Below are positions 51,680 through 62,149 of a stretch of 64,000 nt of DNA, one piece after another. The notes beneath the pieces were generated by a model. The model was given only the letters and a program-made list of their open reading frames with translations. It was not told the DNA's origin and searched no databases. The translations under genes were made by a program, and so were the position numbers. The stretch's first letter is position 1; each line of letters begins with the position of its first letter. Origin of the DNA: Alkalispirochaeta sp. (GTDB lineage Bacteria > Spirochaetota > Spirochaetia > DSM-27196 > Alkalispirochaetaceae); the NCBI GenBank assembly GCA_965242725.1, contig CBDESZ010000004.1, positions 64,001-128,000 on the forward strand, read 5' to 3'.

Positions 51680-53041
51680 CTACGGCAAATCCGCCCCGTG
51701 TCCCGTTGCGCGCTGCCAGTCAAAATAGGCGCTCAGATAGTCAAACACCGCGGAGACGTTGCTCAACCGCGCCTGTTCAAGGCTGACCCGGGCGTCCTCA
51801 AGTTCAAGTTGCGTCGCAAGACCGCTCGTTACCGAACTCTGGGTGACCGCATAGGCTTCCTCCGCCGTAGCCACCGTCTGCTCTGCCGACTCTATCCGCT
51901 GAGACGCCTCCCGAAGGGTAAGGCGGATGTTTTCCAGCTCCGTGAAAATATCCTCCTCTTTCTGGCTGATCTGTGTATGGGTCTTTCGCAACTCCAGCCG
52001 GGCCTGCTCCATCTGGGCAAAACGGCTCCCTCCGTAGAAAACCGGAATCGTCAGGTTGAGACCAAAGGTGAGGGTATCCGTGGGATCGCTGAAGTCAAAC
52101 TCGTCACTGCCGGCCTGCATCCCGTAGGATGCCGTCGCACTGAGGCTGGGGAAGAAGGTTGCCCGCTTTGCATCGATATTTATTTCCCGGAGTTTCCGCT
52201 CGCTGAGAAGAATCTGGAAATCGGGACGATTATCCGTCGCTTCACCGAGTGTGACCGCCGCGGGCAGCTCCGGATAGTCATCCAGGCCTCCAACCAGGGT
52301 GACATCCATGTCATTGGGAAGACCGGCGAGGTTTTTCAGATTCTGAAGCACCAGCTGATGGTTCCGCTCGGCCTGCGTTGTGGCGGGACGGGTTATTTTC
52401 CAGTTCACCTCGGCCCTGAGTACCTCCATGCGTGATGCTACCCCGTTGTTGAAACGATTCTGCACCTGCAGGTAGTTCCGATACGCAAGCTCTTCCGAGG
52501 AGCGCCGGACGGCAAGGACCTCACCCAGAAGGAGCGCCCGGTAGAAGAGGCGCTTTGCCTCGGTAACCAGGCCCTGTCGCGTCGCCTCAAAGGCGGTGTC
52601 GGTGAGGGTCGTGTACTGCTCACTCGCCTCCAGGCCGCGAAAGACGCTCATGTCAAAGAGTTTCTGAGAGAGGGAGAAACCGAGGGAAAGCTGGTTGTCG
52701 GTGTTTACGTCCACGTCCTGGTATACGAGGGGGTAGATGCCTGGCTGTATTTGTACATTCCCATTCGCGGCAACCGGAACCGCCTGTTCAATGTCCAGAA
52801 GGTTTCTTGTATAGCCGATCTGGCCGCCCACATTGGGGTAGAGCTGGGAACGGGTGAGCCGCTCCTGCACCGCGGCGAGGGAGCGGTCGGTCCGTGCCGA
52901 TTCCAGCTCCAGGCTGTTGGTTTCCACCAGACTGATGAACTCCTCAAGCGTGACCGACCGCTCCTGCGCGAAAAGGAGCAGGGGCATGCAGAGAAGAGCG
53001 GCGATCATTACGGTCTGTCTGATGGGAGTGTTATTTTTCAT
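51680..53041 (-). CDS. TolC-family outer membrane efflux protein
   Basis: Two OEP repeats (LYPNV / FFPSL, GLATQLEL); in an operon with RND and MFP genes. Confidence 0.9.
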   Translation of the reverse strand: MKNNTPIRQTVMIAALLCMPLLLFAQERSVTLEEFISLVETNSLELESARTDRSLAAVQERLTRSQLYPNVGGQIGYTRNLLDIEQAVPVAANGNVQIQPGIYPLVYQDVDVNTDNQLSLGFSLSQKLFDMSVFRGLEASEQYTTLTDTAFEATRQGLVTEAKRLFYRALLLGEVLAVRRSSEELAYRNYLQVQNRFNNGVASRMEVLRAEVNWKITRPATTQAERNHQLVLQNLKNLAGLPNDMDVTLVGGLDDYPELPAAVTLGEATDNRPDFQILLSERKLREINIDAKRATFFPSLSATASYGMQAGSDEFDFSDPTDTLTFGLNLTIPVFYGGSRFAQMEQARLELRKTHTQISQKEEDIFTELENIRLTLREASQRIESAEQTVATAEEAYAVTQSSVTSGLATQLELEDARVSLEQARLSNVSAVFDYLSAYFDWQRATGHGADLP

Positions 53042-56000
53042 CGGTTACCTTCCTTGCCTTCAGTGCGCCGCTTGGGACGTACCCGTTTTGATTCGATGAG
53101 GTTTTCCAGTGCGGGAATGACAAAAAGTGAGAGAAAGGTTGCCGCCAGGAGTCCTCCGATACTGACCAGCCCCATGGGTTGTCGCATTTCCGCTCCCCAC
53201 GCGCCGATTCCGAGCGCCATGGGAAGCATACCGAGCATGGTCGCGATATTGGCCATGAGAATCGGCTTGAGTTTGGTCGGTGCCGCCTCAAGGAGCGCCT
53301 CCCGCACGCCCCTGCCCTGGGCGCGGAGCTGGTTGGTGTAGTCCAGTATAAGAATTGCATTGTTTACGACAAGACCGACGAGCATGACGATGGCGAGCAT
53401 GGACACGATATTCATCGTGCTTCCCGTAACAAGCATGATTCCCGCCACGCCGATCAGCGAGAGAGGTACCGTGGAAAGAATCAGTATCGGTTGCCGATAC
53501 CGTTCCAGGATCGCCGCAAGGAGCATATAGGTAAGTACCACGGCGAGAACAAAGACAAATACAAACTCCTGAACCGTTTCATTGAGGAGTTCCGCATCGC
53601 CGCCCCAGGAGAGCTGATAGCCCGCGGGCGATTCCAGTGCGGCAAAAGCGTCTTCTATCGGACCCTGCACCTCGCCGAGGACAAATCCCGGTTTCAGGTC
53701 AGCCGTATACTGGATTGACAGGACCTTGTCTTCCCGGAGTATCTGGTTGACCCCCTGGGTCAGTTCAACGTCCGCAAAGTGACCGAGGGGATACAATCCT
53801 GCCCGGGTGGGAATGACGATGTTCCTGATATTTTCCAGCCCTGAAACGTCGTCATCCCTGAGGGTTACCCGGATGTCGTACTCCTCTCCACCCTGACGAA
53901 AGGTGGTCATGACGATTCCCTCCACGGCGGCACGGGTCGTTGTGGCAAGTTGCTGTACCGTCAGGCCGGCTTCGTTGATTCTGCGCCGGTGAGGGTGAAA
54001 GACAACTTCCGGTTTCCCCTGTTTACTTGAAGAGTCCACATTGACCAGTCCGGGAATTTCCGCCAGGCGAGGCCGAAGTTCTTCCGCGAGGTTGGTCAGA
54101 ATTGTGGAATCGCTTCCCTGCAGAAAAAAGGTGACCGGTGCCACACTCTGTCCGCCGAAACCGCTTGAAGAAGAGACCCTGATTCGTGCGCCCGGTACGG
54201 CGGCGAGATCCTCACCCATTCTCGCGGCGATGATCGTATCCCTGTCGCGCTCATCCTGGTCAATGAGCTCGATATTCATCGATGCCAGATTGGTTCCGGT
54301 ATCGGTACTTCCGAGGGATCCCAGGGATGTAACCACCGTGACGACCTCATCATTTCGGGCGATCCGGTTTTCTACGCCTTCAAGTATTCTTGCGGTCTCC
54401 GAAAGTTCCGTACCGGGGGCAAGTTCCACCTCAACCGCCAGCCGTCCCTGATCCATGGCGGGCTGAAACTCAAAGGGTATTCGACTGAAGGCGGTGAGGG
54501 CCAGAACAAAAATACCCAGCGTGCCGAGTATCAGTACCGCACTTCTCGGTTTGCTGTGAAGTACCTTTTCGAGGAGGAAATGGTATCCCCGTTCCAGTGT
54601 ATGGATACGGTTCTCCAGCCACTCTCCGACGGGGTGCTTTTTTTTATCCACCTCGGGAAGGAGCTTTGACGCGAGCATCGGAGTAAGGGTGAAGGATATG
54701 AGCATCGAAAAGAGGGTGGTAAAGGTCACCGCCAGGGCAAACTCCCTGAGGAAAAGTCCCGCGATACCGCTCATCGTCGCCATAGGAAGAAAGACGGCCA
54801 CATTGGTCAGCGTCGAGGCGATTACCGCAACGGTGACCTCCGCGGTACCCCGGTCGGCGGCGGTCCGACGGTCGTGTCCCATCTCCTTATGCCGAAAGAT
54901 GTTCTCCAGGACGACCACGGAGTTCATGACGAGGACGCCAACGGCGGTGGCGACGCCCATGAGAGACATGAGATTCAGCGACATGCCGAATGCACGCATC
55001 ACCATGAACGACGGTATGATGGACATGGGCATCGCCAGGGCGACGATGAGGGTCGAGCGCAGGTCATGGAGAAAGAGAAGGAGGAGCAGGGCGGTAAACC
55101 CGATTCCCATGAAAATATTGGAGAGTGTATCGTCCACGCTACCCTGTACCGCCACGGAGTCGTCGCTGATGATCGTGAGGGTCACGTCTTCGGGAAGCAT
55201 CCGTTCAATTTCGGGAAGGACCCGTCTCACGGCGTCGGCGATTTCCACGGGATTTCCGTCGGGGCTTTTGATCAGACCGATGAGGACGGTATTGGGATCC
55301 CGCTCCCCCGTTTGCCGATTGAACAGGATCGTCCTGCTCCGCACATCTTCTCCGGCATCCCGTACGGCCGCCAGCGTTCCGAGCCTCCGGCTCCCTTCAC
55401 CAACGGGGATCTCAATGTTTTCAATGTCCTCCAGGGCGTTGAACTGCCCCTCCAGACGCAGGGAAAAATCCCGGCCCTGGGACTGCATATTCCCCGCCGG
55501 CATGTCGAGGTTGGCGGCGGCGAGTATCTGGCCAACCTGGGCAAGGTTGATCGCATTCTCGTACACCACCCTGTTGTCAAATTCGACACGAATTTCCCGC
55601 TCGCGGTCGCCGGAAATGGAGACGCGGCCCACTCCGGCGATACGGGAAAGTTGATCCTTCACGGTGGTCTGGGCCATTTCCCCCAGTTCCACGGCGTCAA
55701 AGTCACCGCCCAGTACCAGCTGAATGATGGGAAAAGCGGTGATATCGACCTTTTCGACGATCGGAGTCTGGGCGTCGCCGGGCAGGTCGTTGAGTATCGC
55801 GTCAATCTTGTCTTTGACTTCCCTGGTCGCCACGTCGGCGTTCTTGGAAAGATCAAATTCCATAATGACGATGGAGGCGCTGTCGAGACTGTAGGACTGG
55901 ATATTATTGATTTGACTGATGGTGCTGACTTCGTCTTCGATGAGCTGGGTGATTTGCGTCGAGACCTGTTCCGGTCCCGCCCCGGGGTAGACCGTCTGGA

Positions 56001-56139
56001 TCGTTACATAGGGTACCTCCAGGTCCGGCATGAGATTGAGGGGAAGGCCGAGGAATCCGATAACGCCGAAGAGGAGGAGCGCCGCAAGGACCATCGTCAT
56101 GAGGACGGGTCTGCCTATTGAAAGTCTTGAAAGAAACAC
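53038..56139 (-). CDS. RND (AcrB-family) efflux permease
   Basis: 1033 aa; RPV N-terminus, VVLENI, SFTLTP, GLVVNNAIL and PILM motifs. Confidence 0.95.
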   Translation of the reverse strand: MFLSRLSIGRPVLMTMVLAALLLFGVIGFLGLPLNLMPDLEVPYVTIQTVYPGAGPEQVSTQITQLIEDEVSTISQINNIQSYSLDSASIVIMEFDLSKNADVATREVKDKIDAILNDLPGDAQTPIVEKVDITAFPIIQLVLGGDFDAVELGEMAQTTVKDQLSRIAGVGRVSISGDREREIRVEFDNRVVYENAINLAQVGQILAAANLDMPAGNMQSQGRDFSLRLEGQFNALEDIENIEIPVGEGSRRLGTLAAVRDAGEDVRSRTILFNRQTGERDPNTVLIGLIKSPDGNPVEIADAVRRVLPEIERMLPEDVTLTIISDDSVAVQGSVDDTLSNIFMGIGFTALLLLLFLHDLRSTLIVALAMPMSIIPSFMVMRAFGMSLNLMSLMGVATAVGVLVMNSVVVLENIFRHKEMGHDRRTAADRGTAEVTVAVIASTLTNVAVFLPMATMSGIAGLFLREFALAVTFTTLFSMLISFTLTPMLASKLLPEVDKKKHPVGEWLENRIHTLERGYHFLLEKVLHSKPRSAVLILGTLGIFVLALTAFSRIPFEFQPAMDQGRLAVEVELAPGTELSETARILEGVENRIARNDEVVTVVTSLGSLGSTDTGTNLASMNIELIDQDERDRDTIIAARMGEDLAAVPGARIRVSSSSGFGGQSVAPVTFFLQGSDSTILTNLAEELRPRLAEIPGLVNVDSSSKQGKPEVVFHPHRRRINEAGLTVQQLATTTRAAVEGIVMTTFRQGGEEYDIRVTLRDDDVSGLENIRNIVIPTRAGLYPLGHFADVELTQGVNQILREDKVLSIQYTADLKPGFVLGEVQGPIEDAFAALESPAGYQLSWGGDAELLNETVQEFVFVFVLAVVLTYMLLAAILERYRQPILILSTVPLSLIGVAGIMLVTGSTMNIVSMLAIVMLVGLVVNNAILILDYTNQLRAQGRGVREALLEAAPTKLKPILMANIATMLGMLPMALGIGAWGAEMRQPMGLVSIGGLLAATFLSLFVIPALENLIESKRVRPKRRTEGKEGNR

Positions 56140-56151
56140 TGATCCGGCTCC

Positions 56152-57216
56152 TTATATTCTGCCCTGCACAAGCGGGGCCTCTTCTTCAGCTATCCGGACA
56201 CGTGCGCCGTCGCGAACCTGGTCCATTCCGACCGTTATGACCCGCTCGCCCGATTCGAGGCCGCTCAGGATTTCCATATAGAGCCCCTGCCGTCTGCCGA
56301 TTTCGACATACTCCTTGACTGCCCGACCATCCTGTACGGTGTAGATAAAGCGGCCGTTGCTGTCGCTGCGCAGCTCCCGGTCCCGGATGATCACCGTTTC
56401 ATCGGATTCCGACGTCTGTAAATCGATCGTGGCGGTGACGCCGCTTCTCACGGTGCGGTCCGGATTTTCAAAACGAAGTTTCGCCGCAAAGGCGCTTCGA
56501 TTCTGATCCATTGCCATATCCACCTGAATGACGCTGCCCTGGAGAACTGTATCCCGCCATACCGCCGTAGCCGGCTGTCCCACCACGACCTCTTCAATTT
56601 GCTCATCCGTCAGCCACACCGTACCCTTGAGGCGGTCGTAGTCGGAAACGGTGAAGAGGGGATCGCCGGGATTGACGTTGTCCGACTCGAGCACGTTGAT
56701 CCGGGTGATATATCCGCTTATGGGCGCCCTGACCTGCATCATTTGCTGTACCGATTCCCAGTTTGCCCGGGCGATCTCGTACTGCGTCCTGGCGTTGTCA
56801 AAATCCTGGCGGGAAACGCCCTGGTCCTCATAGAGCCGTCTCGTCCGCTCAAAAGCCTGCTGCGCGTTTTGAAAGCTTGCCCGGGCCTGCTCGTAGTTCA
56901 GTGAGGGATTGTCGGAAGGAAAAATAACGACGGGGGTGCCTTCTTCCACGTAGTCACCGACCTGAAAACGGACCTCCGCCACCTCGTCACTCAGGAGGGA
57001 CGTTGCAGTCGACTCCTGGGAGCCGGAAAGGGTGCCGGTAAACCTTAGGTACGTCCTGAACGGCGTCGGTTCCACCGTGCGTACATTGACGGGCACTCCC
57101 TCCGACTCGTGAACTTCCTCAACGCTTCTTACGACGTTTCCCTCTTCCTGGGAACACCCGATGAACAGGCTCAGGAGAGCCAGGGTTGCGAGGGTTGTAT
57201 ATATTCTGTTTTTCAT
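56152..57216 (-). CDS. RND periplasmic adaptor (MFP)
   Basis: Lipobox FIGC, GDYVEEG, APISG and SGLESGERVI motifs. Confidence 0.93.
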   Translation of the reverse strand: MKNRIYTTLATLALLSLFIGCSQEEGNVVRSVEEVHESEGVPVNVRTVEPTPFRTYLRFTGTLSGSQESTATSLLSDEVAEVRFQVGDYVEEGTPVVIFPSDNPSLNYEQARASFQNAQQAFERTRRLYEDQGVSRQDFDNARTQYEIARANWESVQQMMQVRAPISGYITRINVLESDNVNPGDPLFTVSDYDRLKGTVWLTDEQIEEVVVGQPATAVWRDTVLQGSVIQVDMAMDQNRSAFAAKLRFENPDRTVRSGVTATIDLQTSESDETVIIRDRELRSDSNGRFIYTVQDGRAVKEYVEIGRRQGLYMEILSGLESGERVITVGMDQVRDGARVRIAEEEAPLVQGRI

Positions 57217-57857
57217 CGTTCAGTCCTCTTGTATTGGTTGGTAGTGCAGGATTTCCCATCCTCTGCCGGTTTCAGTCCCCGGACGATAAAGTCCGCAACT
57301 TGTTCTATTCTCTCTGCGTTCAGGGAGTCGGGATCTTCGATGAGCTGTACAAATGCCCCGCTGATGACGGAGGCGAGACAGAATTTCGCCGTTTCACCGT
57401 CCCAGCCGGTATATATTTCACCTTTCCCGGCGGCCTTTTCAAAAATGCCAAAGATATCGGTCTTCTCCGTGTTTACCACCGCCCTCATGGAACTGCCGGG
57501 ATTGTTCCTGTTGAGGGTCGACCTTAGAATGATCTCCTGCATCGCCCGCCACTCATCGTCCGCGGCAAAGCGATTGAGCAGGCGAATGATGAATCTCCGG
57601 ACCGACGCGGGCAGTGAGTCCCCGTCCAGCTCCGTTCTGACCAGTTCATCGTAGTAGCTTGAAAGGCGGCTCATGATCTCTTCAATAAAGGAATCCTTGC
57701 TCTTGAAGTGCCAGTAAATTGCGCCCCTTGTCACTCCGGCGCGGCGTGCCACATCGTTGAGCGTGGCTGCGGCAAATCCCTTTTCGGAAAAGACGCGCAG
57801 TCCCGCCCGGAAAATCTCCTGTCGTGTTTGTTCAGCTTCTTCTTTTGTTCGTCTCAT
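57213..57857 (-). CDS. TetR/AcrR-family regulator
   Basis: MRRTKEEAEQTR and AGVTRGAIYWHFKSK motifs. Confidence 0.95.
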   Translation of the reverse strand: MRRTKEEAEQTRQEIFRAGLRVFSEKGFAAATLNDVARRAGVTRGAIYWHFKSKDSFIEEIMSRLSSYYDELVRTELDGDSLPASVRRFIIRLLNRFAADDEWRAMQEIILRSTLNRNNPGSSMRAVVNTEKTDIFGIFEKAAGKGEIYTGWDGETAKFCLASVISGAFVQLIEDPDSLNAERIEQVADFIVRGLKPAEDGKSCTTNQYKRTER

Positions 57858-57913
57858 GTTATTTACGTTCGAGTATGTATGTATAATAACGTGTTCGCCT
57901 GAAGTCAATAAAA

Positions 57914-59128
57914 ATGAGTAAACTTCTCACAATGAATGGGGCAAAACCGAGAGAAATATCCCTGAAGGATGCGCGGAGGCTTGCACTGAACAGACCGGGG
58001 TTGCTGCATGCCGGGAAATTCGGGCGGGGCAGGGGCGCCGTAGCTCGAGCGGTTGAACAACTCGGCTACGTGCAGATCGATACGATCTCCGTCGTCGACC
58101 GGGCACATCATCACGTACTTAAGAGCCGGGTGCCGGGATATCGGGAGGAGATGATAGAACGACTGGTCCGCGACGATAAAAGGGTATTCGAATACTGGTC
58201 CCATGCGGCGGCGTACCTGCCGATGTCGGACTATCGATATTCCCGGCCGATGATGGAGGGGTACGAGCGAACCCGTGGCGTGGACCAGGCGCTGGCGGCG
58301 GACATTCTCGACCGCATCCGACGGGAAGGTCCCCTCCAGGCCCGCGACTTCGATCCTCCCGAGGGGCGTACGTCATCAGGATGGTGGGACTGGAAGCCTG
58401 CAAAGCGTGTCCTGGAACACCTCTTCCTGTCGGGGAGACTCATGATCGCCCGGCGGGAGGGGTTTCAGAAAGTCTATGACCTCACCGAACATGTGCTCCC
58501 CTCCACAGTGAATACGGCAATGCCTGCCGTCGCGGAGTGGTCCCGTCACCTCGTCCTGCGTGTGCTCCGCGGGTATGGCATAGCCACGGCGCGCAATATC
58601 ACGACGGCGTGCCGGACGGCGGGACACTTCATCAAGAGAAACGTGAAAGCCGATATTCATACCGCAATCGACAGCCTTCTCACCGACGGCGAAATCGAAT
58701 CCCTGTCATGTGACGGACAGACGTGGTATGCAATTACCGGCGCGGTGGAAGAGCTCCCGGCGCGCCTGCCCCGACGGGCAGTGCGATTTCTTTCGCCCTT
58801 TGACCACGCCGTCATCGACCGCCGCCGCACAAGGGACCTCTTTGGATTTGACTATCAAATTGAATGCTATGTGCCAAAGGCAAAACGCACATACGGATAT
58901 TACTGTCTGCCCATCCTGTGGGGAGACGAGTTCATCGGGCGTATGGACGCAAAAGCGATACGACAAACCGGCACCTTTGAGGTGCGTGGGCTCTTTCTCG
59001 AACCCCGCGTCACCGTCGGCGAGCGCCTCCGGGCCGCCCTTGGTGACGGGCTGCGGTACCTGGCGGAGTCGCACGGGTGTGAGTCGATAATTTTGCCGCC
59101 GGGTGATCGGTCATGGGTGGCGCTGTAA
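57914..59128 (+). CDS. ycaQ: YcaQ-family winged-helix crosslink-repair DNA glycosylase
   Basis: VQIDTISVV (QxD), FEYWSH, LSPFD and YQIECYVP...RTYGYY motifs. Confidence 0.85.
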   Translation: MSKLLTMNGAKPREISLKDARRLALNRPGLLHAGKFGRGRGAVARAVEQLGYVQIDTISVVDRAHHHVLKSRVPGYREEMIERLVRDDKRVFEYWSHAAAYLPMSDYRYSRPMMEGYERTRGVDQALAADILDRIRREGPLQARDFDPPEGRTSSGWWDWKPAKRVLEHLFLSGRLMIARREGFQKVYDLTEHVLPSTVNTAMPAVAEWSRHLVLRVLRGYGIATARNITTACRTAGHFIKRNVKADIHTAIDSLLTDGEIESLSCDGQTWYAITGAVEELPARLPRRAVRFLSPFDHAVIDRRRTRDLFGFDYQIECYVPKAKRTYGYYCLPILWGDEFIGRMDAKAIRQTGTFEVRGLFLEPRVTVGERLRAALGDGLRYLAESHGCESIILPPGDRSWVAL

Positions 59129-59310
59129 CGTCGCATATCCGATGAACTCGAATGGATTATTGTCTTTTGTGTACTCGCCCTGATCTTGTCCTCATAGAGC
59201 AGACATTTCATTGACGCATTGATAAGGCGGCTTCCTTCCTTCGTATTGCCCCGTGAGGGGGATAATACAGAGGCGTGGTTATCACGCAAATATCTGTAAG
59301 GGGGACGCTT

Positions 59311-60528
59311 ATGAGTAGTGTCAAAATCTCTGCATCGATTTTCGGAAAGTGTTTTGATTGGAACGTGGCAGCGGAGGCACGGAAGCGGGGAATATATCCC
59401 TTTTTTCGTCCGATCGACGGGATACGGGGAACACGGGTGATGATCGAGGGAAGGGAGTTGATTATGGCCGGTTCCAATAACTATCTCGGCCTCGCAACGG
59501 ATTCCCGCGTGAAAGAACGCGCCGTCGCCGCCCTCAGGGAATACGGTTCAAGTTGCTCCGGTTCCCGATTCATGAACGGTACCCTCGCCCTTCACGAAGA
59601 GCTCGAGAGACGTCTGGCTGCATTTGTCGGCAAGGAAGGGGCGGTCTGTTTCACCACGGGGTATCAGACAAACCTCGGCGCGATATCGGCGCTCGTCGGG
59701 AGGGGTGATCACGTCATTTCCGATAAGTATAACCACGCGTCGATCATGGACGGGATATTTATGACGAGCGGGATTGCTAAACCGGTGAACGTGCATCGCT
59801 ATAGACACAACAACATGGAAGACCTGGAGAAGGTATTACGACGTATCCCCATCGAAGAGTCGAAGCTCATTGTTACCGACGGTGTTTTTTCCATGGAAGG
59901 GGATATCGTCGATCTGCCGACGATCCGCGCACTCGCCGATCAATACAACGCCGCTGTCTACCTCGATGAGGCCCATGCGATCGGTGTCGTCGGCGAGACC
60001 GGACGCGGCGTTTGTGAATATTTTCATGATCCCGATCTCGCGGATCTCATCATGTGCACATTCAGCAAGAGTTTCGGTTCCATCGGCGGGTTTGTCGCCG
60101 GCGATGAACGGGTTATCGACTATATAAAGCATTTCGCCAGGCCCTTGATCTTCAGCGCGAGTATCCCGCCGGCAAATCTCGGCGCCGCCCTGGCAGCCCT
60201 GGAAATTATGGAAGAAGAACCGGAGCGCGTGAGCCGTTTGCAGAGGATCGCCGGGAAGATGATTCAGGGCTTTTCCGATCTCGGATTCAATATCGGTCCC
60301 ACGGAAACGCCGATCGTACCCTTGATTTTCGGCGACAACGACAAGACCTTTCTGTTCTGGAAGTCCATGTTTGACCGTGGAATCTACGTCAATCCCGTCA
60401 TCAGTCCCGCTGTTCCACCAAACCGTGCACTGATCAGGACAAGCTACATGGCTATCCATGACGACGACGACCTCAATCAAATTCTCTATATCGCCGGAGA
60501 AGAGGCCAAACGACTCGGGCTCATTTGA
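59311..60528 (+). CDS. PLP-dependent alpha-oxoamine synthase, serine palmitoyltransferase-like
   Basis: GSNNYLGL, GSRFMNGT, NHASI, FSMEG, DEAH and TFSKS motifs. Confidence 0.85.
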   Translation: MSSVKISASIFGKCFDWNVAAEARKRGIYPFFRPIDGIRGTRVMIEGRELIMAGSNNYLGLATDSRVKERAVAALREYGSSCSGSRFMNGTLALHEELERRLAAFVGKEGAVCFTTGYQTNLGAISALVGRGDHVISDKYNHASIMDGIFMTSGIAKPVNVHRYRHNNMEDLEKVLRRIPIEESKLIVTDGVFSMEGDIVDLPTIRALADQYNAAVYLDEAHAIGVVGETGRGVCEYFHDPDLADLIMCTFSKSFGSIGGFVAGDERVIDYIKHFARPLIFSASIPPANLGAALAALEIMEEEPERVSRLQRIAGKMIQGFSDLGFNIGPTETPIVPLIFGDNDKTFLFWKSMFDRGIYVNPVISPAVPPNRALIRTSYMAIHDDDDLNQILYIAGEEAKRLGLI

Positions 60529-60533
60529 TCGGT

Positions 60534-60565
60534 TCCGGCCTTCCCGCCGATGGCGGGAGACCGGC
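60534..60565. terminator. Hairpin between convergent genes
   Basis: CCGG..TCCCGCC GAT GGCGGGA..CCGG inverted repeat. Confidence 0.5.
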
Positions 60566-60577
60566 TCACAATGTCGG

Positions 60578-61447
60578 TTACCTGTGAACGGGTATCCAGA
60601 TTTCACTTTTGCAGCGGGTTGACTCTCGGTCCATCTCCCTGATCCACAGTATTTCCGGGCCTTCCACGAGTTCATAGTCGGTGGAGGGGAGCCATTCGGA
60701 GTAAATGCGCCCCCACGTTTCCTGCAGCGTGCCCGGGAAGGGGCCCTCCGACGGAAAGACGGCCCAGTGACCCGGCGCGACAGGGAGATGGTCAAAACAC
60801 TCAGGTACCGGCCCCGTGGTCGCCACGCCGATGTAGTGGTCCAGTTCACCCTTTTCCTCCATGCGATCGGATGAGAAATTGACGGAGCCGCTTATCATCC
60901 CATTCGGTTCAATGTCATTGCAGGCTTTCAGCTTCTCAATTGTTTTAGTGTCCAGACTCTCCCACATCGATGCGATCTCCGGATTGACGCCGTGAAACTG
61001 GATTTTCACCCTGCGACACATACCTACGATAGAAAATGCATCTTTTGTAATCACTCGATATTCCATTGTATCTCCTCCCTGTATTCGTAATGCGAAGGTC
61101 AGCGGTGAATACGATTTTGTCGTCCCCTTGCCACGACGCACCTCGCCTGGTGTGACGCCGTGGAGCGTTGTGAACGCTCTGGTAAAGGAATCTGCCGACT
61201 CGTATCCGTATTTCACCGCCACATCCAGAACGCGGAGCCCGCCACCCCGAAGGTCCGCCGCCGCCAGAGTAAGTCTTCGACGACGAATGTGCTCCGAGAG
61301 GGGAATGCCCGCGAGAAATGAGAAAACCCGTTTGAAATGGTACTCCGAACAGTGTGCCCGACGGGCCACTTCCCGGTAGTCTATCCTTCCGTCCAGGTTT
61401 TCTTCGATATACCGCAACGCGGCGTTCAGTTTTTCAAGGGTGTTCAC
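60578..61447 (-). CDS. AraC-family regulator with GyrI-like effector domain
   Basis: IRRRRLTLAA, YGYESADSFTRAF, WAVF...IYSEWLP and EIWIPV motifs. Confidence 0.92.
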   Translation of the reverse strand: MNTLEKLNAALRYIEENLDGRIDYREVARRAHCSEYHFKRVFSFLAGIPLSEHIRRRRLTLAAADLRGGGLRVLDVAVKYGYESADSFTRAFTTLHGVTPGEVRRGKGTTKSYSPLTFALRIQGGDTMEYRVITKDAFSIVGMCRRVKIQFHGVNPEIASMWESLDTKTIEKLKACNDIEPNGMISGSVNFSSDRMEEKGELDHYIGVATTGPVPECFDHLPVAPGHWAVFPSEGPFPGTLQETWGRIYSEWLPSTDYELVEGPEILWIREMDRESTRCKSEIWIPVHR

Positions 61448-61566
61448 CCGGTGACCTCCTTGTTTAGGACAATACAGGAGCGGACATCTTTACATCCGAC
61501 AATCGGTGCACCATTTTATCGGAAATGGGAAGTTGGAGGTGATACCCTGTCCCTCCGGGAGGTCCA

Positions 61567-62127
61567 ATGGGTTGTAGCGCGTACAGGTCCGTCCGCCGGA
61601 TCATTTCGGTAACGTTGTTTATAGCCGGTATATCTCCGCTCATCGCGGAGAATCACGTCGATACGATGAGTCTGGAAGGTATTCGTCCCTCCCTTGAGGC
61701 TTCGATCGAAGAAATGCGTTCAGGAGTACGTACCCACACGGGAAGCCTCCTGGGCGGGTTTGTCTTTCCTCCCGCATGGGTGATCGGCACGCTGATAGGA
61801 TCTGAAAAAACGCTGGAAACTGCAGAAGATTATCGTAATACCATGATGCTCTTTGAGAATGAGGACCCGCTTCCGGAGCTCCGCGGCGCGAGGCGGTGGC
61901 AGATGGCGGGGGTCGTCGGTCACGGCGTGGCCCTCCTCGGCCTCACGTCGGTGGCCGTCCTGGGCGTGCTGCACATGGATCCCGACATCAATGTGGACAG
62001 AGAACTCGGAATAGCAGGTGGTGTCATGACAGGAGGCGTCGTTGCCGGACTGATCGGCACCACCATTGGAACGTGGCGGGCACGGAATACGGTTATGCGA
62101 TTCCACCTCTCCTATGAACGGCAATGA
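61567..62127 (+). CDS. Hypothetical membrane protein
   Basis: 186-aa ORF with signal-like N-terminus and Gly-rich TM segments. Confidence 0.6.
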   Translation: MGCSAYRSVRRIISVTLFIAGISPLIAENHVDTMSLEGIRPSLEASIEEMRSGVRTHTGSLLGGFVFPPAWVIGTLIGSEKTLETAEDYRNTMMLFENEDPLPELRGARRWQMAGVVGHGVALLGLTSVAVLGVLHMDPDINVDRELGIAGGVMTGGVVAGLIGTTIGTWRARNTVMRFHLSYERQ

Positions 62128-62149
62128 CGGCTCCGACGGGAGCGTGCGG

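Noticed and set aside
24436..56121. Long antisense ORFs (e.g. 24436-25770, 54874-56121, 37179-38030)
   Set aside because: Shadow frames of well-supported genes in GC-rich DNA, with no motifs.
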